64,000 bases of DNA from an uncultured Alphaproteobacteria bacterium (GTDB taxonomy: Bacteria > Pseudomonadota > Alphaproteobacteria > HIMB59 > GCA-002718135): positions 7,453 to 71,452 of the forward strand of contig CACGDO010000001.1 of the NCBI GenBank assembly GCA_902571865.1, read 5' to 3'. How positions within the stretch are numbered: position 1 is the stretch's first letter; the number at the start of each line of letters is the position of its first letter. Below the pieces are notes generated by a model that was given only the letters and a program-made list of their open reading frames with translations, had not been told where the DNA came from and did no database searches. Both the position numbers and the translations under genes were made by a program. Shown here in pieces: positions 36,208 to 45,776 of this stretch.

Positions 36208-36771
36208 ATGAAATTATATCTTATTAGACATGCAGAGTCAGAAGCTAATGCAGCATCAGATTTAGATAATCCAACTTATTATTATGATGCAAGAATTACT
36301 CAAAGAGGAGTTGAGCAAGCAAAAAAATTAAATAATAGAATTAAAAATCTCAAATTTGATAATTATTTTTGTTCCCCCTTAACGAGAACATTGGAAACAT
36401 TCTCTATTGTTTTTCCATCTAATAAACCGGTAATTGAACCATTAATAAGAGAACATTTGTATCACTCATGTGATGTAGGAAGACAACCAAAAAAATTAAA
36501 AAAAGAATTTAATGATTTTGATTTTAATAATTTAAATGATTTTTGGTGGAATAATAACAAACCTATTAATGAAAAAAAAATTATACAAGAGTCTCACAAT
36601 GATATTAAAATTAGATTAAGGTCTTTTCTACTATCTATTAAAAACCTTAATTTACAAAAAATTGTATTAGTCAGTCATGGTACATTCTTAAGTCAAATAA
36701 CTGAATATATGCTGGATAACTGTGAGGTATATGATTGTGAGTACAATGAGGTATACGAAAAATTTTTTTAA
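36208..36771 (+). CDS. histidine phosphatase (phosphoglycerate-mutase-like) family protein
   Basis: 187 aa with the N-terminal LIRHAESEAN and a distal SHGTF. Confidence 0.7.
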   Translation: MKLYLIRHAESEANAASDLDNPTYYYDARITQRGVEQAKKLNNRIKNLKFDNYFCSPLTRTLETFSIVFPSNKPVIEPLIREHLYHSCDVGRQPKKLKKEFNDFDFNNLNDFWWNNNKPINEKKIIQESHNDIKIRLRSFLLSIKNLNLQKIVLVSHGTFLSQITEYMLDNCEVYDCEYNEVYEKFF

Positions 36772-36794
36772 TTTAATTCTTGATAAATAAAAAT

Positions 36795-37562
36795 CTAAAA
36801 CATCTCATTTATTATTTTATTTAATTTTTGTGTTACTCTATCAATTATTTTTTTTCCTATCTGTGCATTGGATTTTCTAGGATCTCCAATAATTCCACTT
36901 TTACTTAATTCTTTAGTTACCCAAGCTTTCTTAATATTTTTCTCATAAGAAATTGTTTTAGATGATAAATAATCGGAAGATAATCTATGTTTAGAAATTT
37001 TAGATTGCCTAACTAGGTTTGGAAATAAATATAACATAATAGATGTTTCAAATTCTCCTCCGTGATAACCAAAGTCTTTTTCTTTACTTGATATAATTCC
37101 TTTAAATTGATCAAATAAAAAATAAGTGCCTTTTACTATGTTTATCTTAAATTCTGATTTCAATTCTTTAGCAATAATATCTATATGGCTAATTTGTCCA
37201 CCATGACTATTTAAAAGTAATATATTTTTAAATTTCAATTTACATACATTTTCTAAAATTGACAAAGAGTGCGATATAAATTCCAATGAATCAATACTTA
37301 TTGTTCCATCAAAATCTGTATGTTCAGCAGCTGAACCAAAATATATTTTAGGCATAATTAAATATTTATTTGAATTATATTTTTTATTGAATTCTAATAA
37401 TATTCCTTCAAGAATTTTTTTATCAGTATTTAATGGAAGATGCGGACCGTGTTGTTCTATTGATGAAAATGGGAAAATTAAAACTGTTTTTCTATTTATT
37501 TTTTTAATTTCATTTGTTGTTAATTCTTCCCAAAAGTTTGTTAGCATTTTTTTATTATACAT
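36795..37562 (-). CDS. creatininase-family metal-dependent amidohydrolase
   Basis: 255 aa with EQHGPHLP, EHTDFDGT, NSHGGQ and GGEFETS motifs. Confidence 0.75.
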   Translation of the reverse strand: MYNKKMLTNFWEELTTNEIKKINRKTVLIFPFSSIEQHGPHLPLNTDKKILEGILLEFNKKYNSNKYLIMPKIYFGSAAEHTDFDGTISIDSLEFISHSLSILENVCKLKFKNILLLNSHGGQISHIDIIAKELKSEFKINIVKGTYFLFDQFKGIISSKEKDFGYHGGEFETSIMLYLFPNLVRQSKISKHRLSSDYLSSKTISYEKNIKKAWVTKELSKSGIIGDPRKSNAQIGKKIIDRVTQKLNKIINEMF

Positions 37563-37575
37563 TTATAAGTAAATT

Positions 37576-38535
37576 ATGAAATCTTATTCTTTATGGATTG
37601 ATAGAAAAAAACAAGCTAAAATTTATCAAAAAAAACTTATTTACAATAAAAATAACAAAACAGTTTTAGTTAAAACTATTTACTCAGGTATTAGCAAGGG
37701 AACTGAAAAATTAGTTTCATCTAAAAGCGTAAGTAAGGATCAATTTGAATTAATGAAAGCCCCTTTTCAAGAGGGTTCTTTTAATTTACCTATAAAATAC
37801 GGTTATATAAATGTTGGGTATATTGTCGATGGTCCAAGGAAATATATAAATAAAAAAATATTTAGTCTTTATCCTCATCAAGATTTATATGAAATTTCTA
37901 TTCAAAATTTAATTTTTTTACCAAAAGGAAATTTGAGAAAATATGTTCTAACTGCAAATATGGAAACAGCAATTAATATCTTTTGGGACGCACAATCTAA
38001 AAGTAATAACAAAATTCTAATTGTAGGACTTGGCTCTGTAGGATTATTAACTGCATTTTTTTTTAAAATTAATGGATATAAAAATGTTTATGTTTTTGAT
38101 AATAATAAAAATAAAAGAAAAATTGCCAACTATTTAGGATTAAATTTTATTGAAATAAGAAAGATTGAGAAAATAGATGTAGCAATAAACACTACAGCTA
38201 ATTATAAAGTTCTAAATTCTTTAATGGAAAAATTATCTATCGAAGGAAAAATAGTAGAAGCTAGTTGGTATGGTAAAAATAAAGGAGAAGTTGCCTTAGG
38301 TGGGTATTTTCATTCTAAAAGATTAAAAATTATTAGTTCACAGGTATCTAAAATACCAAAATACATGAAAAATAAATATGATTTTGAGGGGAGATTAAAA
38401 TTAGCAATTAAATCTTTAAAAAATTCAAAATTAGAAAAATTAATTACTAGTGAAAGTAATTTTTTTGATTTAGAAAAAGATTACTATAAAATCCTTCAAA
38501 ATAAGGATACAATAATGCATCTAGTTAAATATTAA
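37576..38535 (+). CDS. MDR-superfamily (alcohol-dehydrogenase-like) oxidoreductase
   Basis: 319 aa with a GroES-like N-terminus and the Rossmann motif VGLGSVGLL. I see no obvious structural-zinc Cys cluster. Confidence 0.65.
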   Translation: MKSYSLWIDRKKQAKIYQKKLIYNKNNKTVLVKTIYSGISKGTEKLVSSKSVSKDQFELMKAPFQEGSFNLPIKYGYINVGYIVDGPRKYINKKIFSLYPHQDLYEISIQNLIFLPKGNLRKYVLTANMETAINIFWDAQSKSNNKILIVGLGSVGLLTAFFFKINGYKNVYVFDNNKNKRKIANYLGLNFIEIRKIEKIDVAINTTANYKVLNSLMEKLSIEGKIVEASWYGKNKGEVALGGYFHSKRLKIISSQVSKIPKYMKNKYDFEGRLKLAIKSLKNSKLEKLITSESNFFDLEKDYYKILQNKDTIMHLVKY

Positions 38536-38537
38536 TT

Positions 38538-38936
38538 ATGTATTCGATAAAAGTAAGAGAAAATATTCTAATAGCTCATTCTTTACCTGGAGAAGTATTT
38601 GGACCAGCCCAAAATATGCATGGAGCTACATATTTAGTAGATGCAGAATTTTTCACTGATAAACTTAATAAATACAATATAATTATGGATTTAGGAATAG
38701 TGTCCACGACTTTAAAAGATATTCTTAAAATATATAATTATCAAAATTTAGATGAGATTGATGAATTTAAGGGAAAAATTACCTCAACAGAGTTTTTAGC
38801 AGAGGATATTTGCAATAAGATCTTGAATAGACTAAGAAATGAATTCTCTGAAGATTACAAATCTTTAAAAAAAATTAAAATAACCTTGCAAGAATCAAAT
38901 ATTGCATGGGCATCATATGAAAAAGAGGTTATCTAA
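38538..38936 (+). CDS. divergent PTPS/QueD-fold (COG0720-like) protein
   Basis: 132 aa. It has IAHSL...NMHGATYLVDAEF in place of the canonical AAHRL...C..LHGH.Y. The catalytic Cys and one Zn-binding His are not conserved. Confidence 0.6.
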   Translation: MYSIKVRENILIAHSLPGEVFGPAQNMHGATYLVDAEFFTDKLNKYNIIMDLGIVSTTLKDILKIYNYQNLDEIDEFKGKITSTEFLAEDICNKILNRLRNEFSEDYKSLKKIKITLQESNIAWASYEKEVI

Positions 38937-39963
38937 TAATAAATCTGATATTTATTTTGTTTATCCAGGAAATATTAATGCAAAAACTGGAGGATATATT
39001 TATGAAAAAAATATCCTAGAATATGCAAAGATAAGAGATATAAATATTAGACCAATTGCTCTAAGTGAAAATTATCCTTTTCCTACAAATAACGATATAA
39101 AATATTTTCTAAAAATTTTAGATAAAATTGATCCTAACTCTAAAATTATCATAGATGGATTAGCTTTAGAAGGAATGTATTCAATTTTTAAAAAATTACT
39201 TACCTATAATGTCATCGCGCTAATACATCATCCTTTATATCTTGAATTTAAAGGTCAAAGGTCAAAAAAATTCTTACGTTTAGAAAAAGAAAATTTCAAA
39301 AAAATAAATAAATTTATTGTTACATCTAAAAATACAAAAAATTTATTAATAAATGAATTTAAGGTTCTAAATAATAAAATATCTGTAGTTGAACCTGGAA
39401 TAGAAAGACTAGCAAATTATAGTTTTAAAAATAATAGTAAAATTCATCTTTTAACATGTGGAAGTATAATAAATAGAAAAAATTATCTTTTTTTATTAAA
39501 AGTTTTAAAGCCTTTAGATAATTTTATTTTAGAAATTGTTGGTGATACTACAAGAGATATAGGTTATTACAAAAAACTCAAAAAATTTATTTCTAAAAAT
39601 TCAATGAACAGAAAAATAATATTCCACGGTACTATTTCAGATACAAAATTAGCTAAATTATATTCTAAAACAGATTGTTACATTTCGGTAAGTAAATATG
39701 AAGGTTTTGGAATGTCCTTAGCAAATGCATTAACAATTAAAAAGCCAATTATAACCTTTTTTACTCATACTATCTTAAATACACTAGGAAAAAAGGGTGT
39801 TATTTATTTCAAAAAATTTGAAGTAAATGATCTTAGAATTATAATCATTAAAAATATATTAAATAAAAAAAATTTTAATAAACTAAATATTGATATTCAT
39901 AAAAACAAAAGATATCTTCTTACTCCTCTAGAGTCAGCTAAGAAATTTGTTAATTTAATTTAA
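38917..39963 (+). CDS. GT-B glycosyltransferase (group 1)
   Basis: I prefer the ATG at 38917. It has the C-terminal Ex7E-type motif YEGFGMSLANAL. It overlaps the PTPS-like gene by 20 nt. Confidence 0.7.
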   Translation: MKKRLSNNKSDIYFVYPGNINAKTGGYIYEKNILEYAKIRDINIRPIALSENYPFPTNNDIKYFLKILDKIDPNSKIIIDGLALEGMYSIFKKLLTYNVIALIHHPLYLEFKGQRSKKFLRLEKENFKKINKFIVTSKNTKNLLINEFKVLNNKISVVEPGIERLANYSFKNNSKIHLLTCGSIINRKNYLFLLKVLKPLDNFILEIVGDTTRDIGYYKKLKKFISKNSMNRKIIFHGTISDTKLAKLYSKTDCYISVSKYEGFGMSLANALTIKKPIITFFTHTILNTLGKKGVIYFKKFEVNDLRIIIIKNILNKKNFNKLNIDIHKNKRYLLTPLESAKKFVNLI

Positions 39964-39964
39964 T

Positions 39965-40753
39965 ATGCATGAATTTCAAAATAAATGGTTAATTCTTAGA
40001 GAAACTGTCGATAGAAATTCACGAAACCAAAGAATACTATATTTAATTAATAAATTTTTTAAAAATAAAAAAAATATTAGAATAGTTGATTTGGGTTCAG
40101 GCGCTGGATCTAATTATAGATTTCTTAAGTCACGATTATTAAATAATCAATATTGGTCTTTTGTAGACATATCACATCAATCAACAAATTATTTTAAAAA
40201 AAATATACAATTATCTTCTAAAATAAAAAAAACTAATTTTAAAATTGTTGATGTAATTAATAATTTAGAAAAAATAAATTTTAATGATTATAATTTAGTT
40301 ACAGGATCTGCTTTTTTAGATATTCTTCCAAAAACATGGTTTAAAAATTTTTATAAATTAAATCTTGATACAGAAATTGTCTATTTTGCCTTAAATTATA
40401 ATGGTAATTTTAAATTTTTTCCAAAACACAAGGATGATAAAAAAATTCTTAATATTTTTAATAAAGATCAAAAATCTGACAAAGGAATAGGGGAATTGGC
40501 TGTTGGACCAGATTGTACTGAATTAATAAATAAAGTATTTAAAAGGACTCACAAAACATATGTTTCAGACTCTACATGGGATGTTAGTACAAATTATGAA
40601 TTTCAAGTTTATTTCTTAAATTTTTGTAGAGAAATTATTCAAAAAAATAAACTTAACTTTGATGATTGGTTAAAATTTCGTTTAAAAAGTATTAAAGAAA
40701 AAAATTCTAGATTTATTTTAAATAATACAGATTTTTTAGCTATTAAGAAATAA
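39965..40753 (+). CDS. class-I SAM-dependent methyltransferase
   Basis: 262 aa with motif I, IVDLGSGAGSN. Confidence 0.65.
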   Translation: MHEFQNKWLILRETVDRNSRNQRILYLINKFFKNKKNIRIVDLGSGAGSNYRFLKSRLLNNQYWSFVDISHQSTNYFKKNIQLSSKIKKTNFKIVDVINNLEKINFNDYNLVTGSAFLDILPKTWFKNFYKLNLDTEIVYFALNYNGNFKFFPKHKDDKKILNIFNKDQKSDKGIGELAVGPDCTELINKVFKRTHKTYVSDSTWDVSTNYEFQVYFLNFCREIIQKNKLNFDDWLKFRLKSIKEKNSRFILNNTDFLAIKK

Positions 40754-41569
40754 ATTAACAATAATTTCATTATCTAATTCATTAAAATTATGTTTTGGTC
40801 TGATAGCTTTATTGAGATTTGAAATTTCTTTTAAATTTAATGAATTAATTCCTGAACCTATTAATATTGGGGCAATCATAAATTGAAGAATATCAATATA
40901 TTTATTATTTATTAATTCTGAAATAGTTTTTGATCCTCCCTCTACTAAAATATTTTTATATTTAAGTTTTTTTATTTGAGTAATAAAGTTTTTAGTAAAA
41001 TTTTTTTCTTTTAATCTTATTATTGTTGAATTATTCAATTTAATATTTTTATTACTTTTTGTAAAAATTATATTTTCATTACCGTCATTAAATATTTTAT
41101 ATTTATTATTTAGCGAAAGACTACCATCGATAATAATTCTTTTTGGATTTGTGCCCTTTATTTTTCTTGTTGTTAATAGGGGGTTGTCTTTTTTAATGGT
41201 ATTTGAGCCTACAATAATTGCATCACTGATACTTCGTAAACAATGTAAATAAATAATACTCTTGGGATTATTTATGTAATGTGAATTACCATTATTTAAT
41301 GCAATTCTACCATCAATACTTTGTCCTATCTGAGCTATAACTAATTTTTTGTTTTTTCTTAATATTGGGAGAAGGATATTTAAGATTGATTGATAAAATT
41401 TACTTATATTAATTTTAGATTCCAGATTATTATTTTTTATGTAAAAATTACTTTTTCTTTTTGATGATAAAGAAATACTATTTTTTTTAACCAATAAATA
41501 TAAATCACTATTCTTTTTAGAATTTTTTATAAAATCTAGTAAAATTCCTATATTTTTTGATGTAATCAT
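40736..41569 (-). CDS. RibD C-terminal-domain (pyrimidine reductase / DHFR-like) protein without a deaminase domain
   Basis: 277 aa with AQIGQSIDGRIA, DAIIVGSNT and ILVEGGSKT. It has no H(A/C)E...PCxxC deaminase motif and carries about 75 extra N-terminal residues. Confidence 0.7.
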   Translation of the reverse strand: MITSKNIGILLDFIKNSKKNSDLYLLVKKNSISLSSKRKSNFYIKNNNLESKINISKFYQSILNILLPILRKNKKLVIAQIGQSIDGRIALNNGNSHYINNPKSIIYLHCLRSISDAIIVGSNTIKKDNPLLTTRKIKGTNPKRIIIDGSLSLNNKYKIFNDGNENIIFTKSNKNIKLNNSTIIRLKEKNFTKNFITQIKKLKYKNILVEGGSKTISELINNKYIDILQFMIAPILIGSGINSLNLKEISNLNKAIRPKHNFNELDNEIIVNLFLNS

Positions 41570-41605
41570 TTGTTTTTATTTCAATTATATCTATATAAAG
41601 TTTTC

Positions 41606-42727
41606 ATGAGTTTCAAATCTAATACAGGAACTATTATAGATAGGGCAATTAACGAACTCAGGACCGGAAGACCCTTAATAATTCAGAATAGCAAGGAATA
41701 TTGGATGTTCTTTAATATAGAGCATTCCCAAAGTAAAATTTTTAATCAATTCAATAAGCACTTAATTGATGAAAAATATCTACTTATTACTAAACAAAAA
41801 GCTCAATCAATTTTTAATAAGAATATTAAAAGTAATATTTATTTTGAGATAAATCCAAAAACAGATGTAAATCAAATAATAAATTTATTTGTTAATCCTC
41901 TTAGTAATAATAAAGTAATTAAATTTACCAATATTAAAAAATTCAAATCTAAAAATTTTCATAATGTTAGTATTGATCTTTCCAAAAATGCTAAAATGAT
42001 ACCATCGCTAGTTTTTAAAAAAATTAATAAAAAATATTACAAAAATATAAATGAATTTGGATTTAAGAATGGAATTTTAATATTCGATTACAAAGATTTA
42101 TTGAAGCAAAATGAATTAATTTGTGAAAGTATTAAATTAGTTTCTAGTGCAAAAGTTCCACTACCAAAAAACGAAAATTCTAATTTTAAAATATTCAAAT
42201 CATATATTGGATCTGATAAACATGTAGCGATAATTGTTAATCCAAAAAAAATAAATAAAAAATCTGTTAATTTAAGAATTCATTCAGCTTGTTTTACAGG
42301 TGATATTTTTCATTCTTTAAAATGTGATTGTGGTGAACAATTAAATCAATCAATCAATTACATGGTTAGAAATAATGGTGGAATTATATTATATTTAGAA
42401 CAAGAAGGTAGGGGAATAGGATTAGCTAATAAAATGAGAGCTTATTCTCTTCAAGCAAGAGGTATGGATACAATAGACGCCGATCATAATATTGGTTTTT
42501 TAGATGATGAAAGAGATTTTAATATTGCTGCTAGAATACTGAAATTATTAAAAATAAATAAAGTTAATCTTATTACAAATAATAAAAATAAAATTAATTC
42601 TATTAAGAAAGCTGGAATTAAAGTTGAAAATCAAATAAATACAAAGCCAACATTGAATAAATTTAATAAAAATTATTTTAAAACAAGAGTTAAAAAAGCT
42701 GGGTACGGTCTTAAACTAGTAGTATAA
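41606..42727 (+). CDS. GTP cyclohydrolase II with degenerate DHBP-synthase-like N-terminal domain
   Basis: I prefer the ATG at 41606. The C-terminal half has HSACFTGDIFHSLKCDCG (Zn Cys triad) and EQEGRGIGLANKMRAYSLQ. The N-terminus IDRAINELRTGRPLII lacks the acidic RENEGD-type motif. Confidence 0.8.
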   Translation: MSFKSNTGTIIDRAINELRTGRPLIIQNSKEYWMFFNIEHSQSKIFNQFNKHLIDEKYLLITKQKAQSIFNKNIKSNIYFEINPKTDVNQIINLFVNPLSNNKVIKFTNIKKFKSKNFHNVSIDLSKNAKMIPSLVFKKINKKYYKNINEFGFKNGILIFDYKDLLKQNELICESIKLVSSAKVPLPKNENSNFKIFKSYIGSDKHVAIIVNPKKINKKSVNLRIHSACFTGDIFHSLKCDCGEQLNQSINYMVRNNGGIILYLEQEGRGIGLANKMRAYSLQARGMDTIDADHNIGFLDDERDFNIAARILKLLKINKVNLITNNKNKINSIKKAGIKVENQINTKPTLNKFNKNYFKTRVKKAGYGLKLVV

Positions 42728-42729
42728 TT

Positions 42730-43173
42730 ATGAAAAAAATTCCTAAGATAAAACTTCAATTAACAAACGATAATGAATTTGATTCATCTAAATTAAAGAA
42801 TAAAACAGTTTTATTCTTTTACTCTAAGGCGTTAACTGGTGGATGCTCAGTAGAAGTTGCAGATTTTCAGAAATATTTAATAAAATTTAATAAAATTGGC
42901 TTTGACGTAATAGGAGCTTCTAAAGATCCTGTTGATCGGAATAAAAAATTTTTAGATAAGTATAAATTGAAATACCCACTTGGTTCGGATGAAGGAAAAA
43001 ATTGTGATAAACTTGGTATTTGGATAGAAAAATCTATGTATGGTAGAAAATATTTTGGGATAGATAGATCTACATTTGTAATCGATAAAAATGGAAAAAT
43101 TCTAAATTCTTGGCATAAAGTTAAAGTTAAAGGTCATGTTGAAGAAGTTTATAATTTTTGTAAGGATCAGTAA
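42730..43173 (+). CDS. bcp: peroxiredoxin, Bcp-like (AhpC/TSA family)
   Basis: 147 aa. It has FFYSKALTGGCSVE in place of the canonical FYPKD.TPGCT.E, followed by GASKD. Confidence 0.6.
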   Translation: MKKIPKIKLQLTNDNEFDSSKLKNKTVLFFYSKALTGGCSVEVADFQKYLIKFNKIGFDVIGASKDPVDRNKKFLDKYKLKYPLGSDEGKNCDKLGIWIEKSMYGRKYFGIDRSTFVIDKNGKILNSWHKVKVKGHVEEVYNFCKDQ

Positions 43174-43177
43174 ATTT

Positions 43178-44071
43178 TTATTTAATTTTACCTATTTCTT
43201 TTTCTCTTTTGATTACAAATAAACCACTTAACGTAATAATTATTGCGCCAATAATCATATTATAAGTTGGAGTTTCACCTAGTATTAAATACCCAAAAAT
43301 CATTCCAAATATAATTACACTGTATCTTGCAGAGGCCGTTAATGAAAGTGGTGCATAAAAAACTGTTAATACTGAAAATAAATATCCGAATAAAACAAAT
43401 ATACTAGAAGCAAAAATATAATTTAGATCTTCACTGCTTACTTGATAACCAAAAATTATTGAACCCAACCCTGCAAACCCAGTAATTAACAATGCTGTCA
43501 CAAATGTAATTTCAACACTATTTGATTTAGTTGCTAAACTTTTTGTAGCAATATCTCTAATAGTCAAAAAAATAGCAGCTAAAATTGGTAACACTAAAAG
43601 ATAATTAAATTGAAAATTTTGTGGATTTACAACTACTATCACACCTAAAAACCCAATAATAACTGCACACCATCTTCTTATTCCAACCTTCTCTCCCAAA
43701 AAAAGAAAAGCAAATATTGTGACAAAGAAAGGATTAGTCATTAAAAGTGTGTAAACCTCAGATATTGGAAGTAAAATTAATCCAACCAAAAAAAATAATG
43801 CCGTTAAAACTTCATACAAACCTCTTATATGAAAACTTTTGATTGATAGTATTTTAATTAAATTCTTTTTTTCGAAAAAAATTAAATATAAACCTAATAA
43901 ACTTGATGTAACTAAACCTCTTAAAAAAATTACAGAATATAATGAATTGTCATCACCTATATTTTTTACAACAAGTTTGACATAACTATCATTTATAGAG
44001 AATGATAATTGGCCAGCCATCATAAAAATTACACCTATCGTCCCAACTGAAAATAAAATCTTGCTTTTCAT
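43178..44071 (-). CDS. DMT-superfamily (EamA) transporter
   Basis: 297 aa with about 10 TM segments. Confidence 0.75.
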   Translation of the reverse strand: MKSKILFSVGTIGVIFMMAGQLSFSINDSYVKLVVKNIGDDNSLYSVIFLRGLVTSSLLGLYLIFFEKKNLIKILSIKSFHIRGLYEVLTALFFLVGLILLPISEVYTLLMTNPFFVTIFAFLFLGEKVGIRRWCAVIIGFLGVIVVVNPQNFQFNYLLVLPILAAIFLTIRDIATKSLATKSNSVEITFVTALLITGFAGLGSIIFGYQVSSEDLNYIFASSIFVLFGYLFSVLTVFYAPLSLTASARYSVIIFGMIFGYLILGETPTYNMIIGAIIITLSGLFVIKREKEIGKIK

Positions 44072-44095
44072 AATAAAAAAAAATATTTAGCTGAT

Positions 44096-45430
44096 ATGTT
44101 ACAAAGAAATACTTCAAGCCATTTATATGGATTTACTGACTTGAAGTCATTAAATGAAAGAGGCCCTTTAGTTATTTCTTATGGAAAAGGAATATATGTT
44201 TACGATACTAAAGGTAATAAATATCTAGATGGGAATTCTGGTCTATGGAATCAGTGTGCTGGTTTTGACCATCCTGGATTAATTGAAGTTGCAAAAAAAC
44301 AGTATGAAAAATTTGCCGGTTATCATTCTTTATTTGGAAGATTGTCTGAAGAAACGTTACAGCTATCTGAAAAAATTATTGAAGTATCACCTTTTGATCA
44401 AGGTCGTGTATTCTTTTGTAATTCAGGATCTGAAGCAAATGACACCATGGTCAAAATGTTATGGATGTTAAATGCAAGAATCGGAAAGCCAAATAGACGA
44501 AAAATTATAACAAGAATTAATGGATATCATGGCGTTACTTTAGGAGCTTCTTCAATGACAGCCAAACCATACAATAAAGAGTTTGGTTTACCATCTGAAG
44601 AATTTATTCATATTGAATGTCCACATTATTGGAAATATGGATTAGAGAATGAAACGGAAGAAGAATTTTCACTTAGGATGGCCAAAAATTTAGAAGAAAA
44701 AATCATCAAAGAGGATCCAGAAACTATTGCAGGTTTTGTTGCAGAACCTGTTCAAGGTGCAGGAGGTTGTATACCTCCTTCAAAATCGTATTTTGATCTA
44801 GTTCAGCCTATATTAAAAAAATTTAATATTCCTTTTATTGCAGATGAGGTAATTTGTGGATTAGGTAGAACGGGAAATTTATGGGGTTGTGAAACCTACA
44901 ATATCAAACCGGATATAATTATCTCATCAAAATGTTTAACAGCTGGTTACTTTCCTATGGGTGCAGTTATAGTTAATAAAGAATTTTCAAATAAATTTGT
45001 TGAAGTATCAGAAGAAGCAGAAGAATTTCCACATGGTTTTACAGCTGGTGGTCATCCTGTTGGATGTGCAATTGCTTTGAAAGCAATAGATGTAATTATG
45101 AATGAGGGTTTATTAGATAATGTAAAGTTGATGGAACCCTATTTTTTTGAAAGATTAAATGAATTTAATAATTATGAACACATTGGAGAAACTAGAGGTA
45201 TAGGTCTTATGGCGGCATTAGAGATGGTAAAAAATAAAGATACAAAAGAACCTTTTGAAGGTTATCTTAATATGGGAGATAAAGTTGCTAATTTATCAAT
45301 TGATAATGGATTAATTTGCAGACCTTTAGGTCCTGCAATTGTTTTGTGTCCTCAATTCACAATTACTAAAAATCAAATTGATGAAATATTTGATTCTCTT
45401 CATAAAACTATAAAGCAAGTTTTTAATTAA
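44096..45430 (+). CDS. class-III (omega) aminotransferase, amine:pyruvate type
   Basis: 444 aa with GLWNQCAGFDHPG, NSGSEANDTMVKMLW, ADEVICGLGRTG and SSKCLTAGYFPMG. It is collinear with Vibrio-type omega-transaminases as I remember them. Confidence 0.8.
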   Translation: MLQRNTSSHLYGFTDLKSLNERGPLVISYGKGIYVYDTKGNKYLDGNSGLWNQCAGFDHPGLIEVAKKQYEKFAGYHSLFGRLSEETLQLSEKIIEVSPFDQGRVFFCNSGSEANDTMVKMLWMLNARIGKPNRRKIITRINGYHGVTLGASSMTAKPYNKEFGLPSEEFIHIECPHYWKYGLENETEEEFSLRMAKNLEEKIIKEDPETIAGFVAEPVQGAGGCIPPSKSYFDLVQPILKKFNIPFIADEVICGLGRTGNLWGCETYNIKPDIIISSKCLTAGYFPMGAVIVNKEFSNKFVEVSEEAEEFPHGFTAGGHPVGCAIALKAIDVIMNEGLLDNVKLMEPYFFERLNEFNNYEHIGETRGIGLMAALEMVKNKDTKEPFEGYLNMGDKVANLSIDNGLICRPLGPAIVLCPQFTITKNQIDEIFDSLHKTIKQVFN

Positions 45431-45723
45431 GTTTCGTATTTAACTATAAAACCTGAATACTTAACATTACTAATGATACTATTTGGAATAACTCCTTCAA
45501 CTAGAGCTAGTGATGGACCATCTTTAGCTTTTTCAGTAATAGATAGTATACTTTGCATATCTCCTTGAATTATGGCCTCTACTTCATCTTTACTCTCTTT
45601 ATTTTGAATATAACCATTTAATCCCAAAGATATTGCTAAATCACTAAACCAATGTCTAAAGCCCACTCCCTGAACTTTTCCTTTAATAATAAGTCGATAA
45701 GTTTTTATTTCATTTGTATTCAT
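45427..45723 (-). CDS. acylphosphatase
   Basis: It has the IKGKVQGVGFRHW signature. I prefer the Met at 45723 (MNTNEIKTYRL...). The track start at 45849 adds 42 unconserved residues and overlaps the neighbour. Confidence 0.65.
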   Translation of the reverse strand: MNTNEIKTYRLIIKGKVQGVGFRHWFSDLAISLGLNGYIQNKESKDEVEAIIQGDMQSILSITEKAKDGPSLALVEGVIPNSIISNVKYSGFIVKYET

Positions 45724-45776
45724 TAAAGTATCAATATAAGTACTTTTTTTTATCATACAATCCTTCAATTCATTAT

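Noticed and set aside
41606-42727. Idea that the GCH II paralogue makes the formylated product (GCH III-like) as substrate for the adjacent creatininase/ArfB-like hydrolase
   Set aside because: The Tyr whose replacement by Met is associated with retention of the formyl group in Streptomyces paralogues is conserved here (KMRAYSLQ). The sequence therefore predicts ordinary GCH II chemistry. The creatininase-like enzyme needs another explanation.
44086-44094. Second copy of the half-site TATTTAGCT just upstream of the omega-transaminase ATG, considered as a shared regulon with the purine operator
   Set aside because: Only one half-site matches. By my rough estimate, a 9-mer of this composition is expected about once or twice by chance in 64 kb on both strands.
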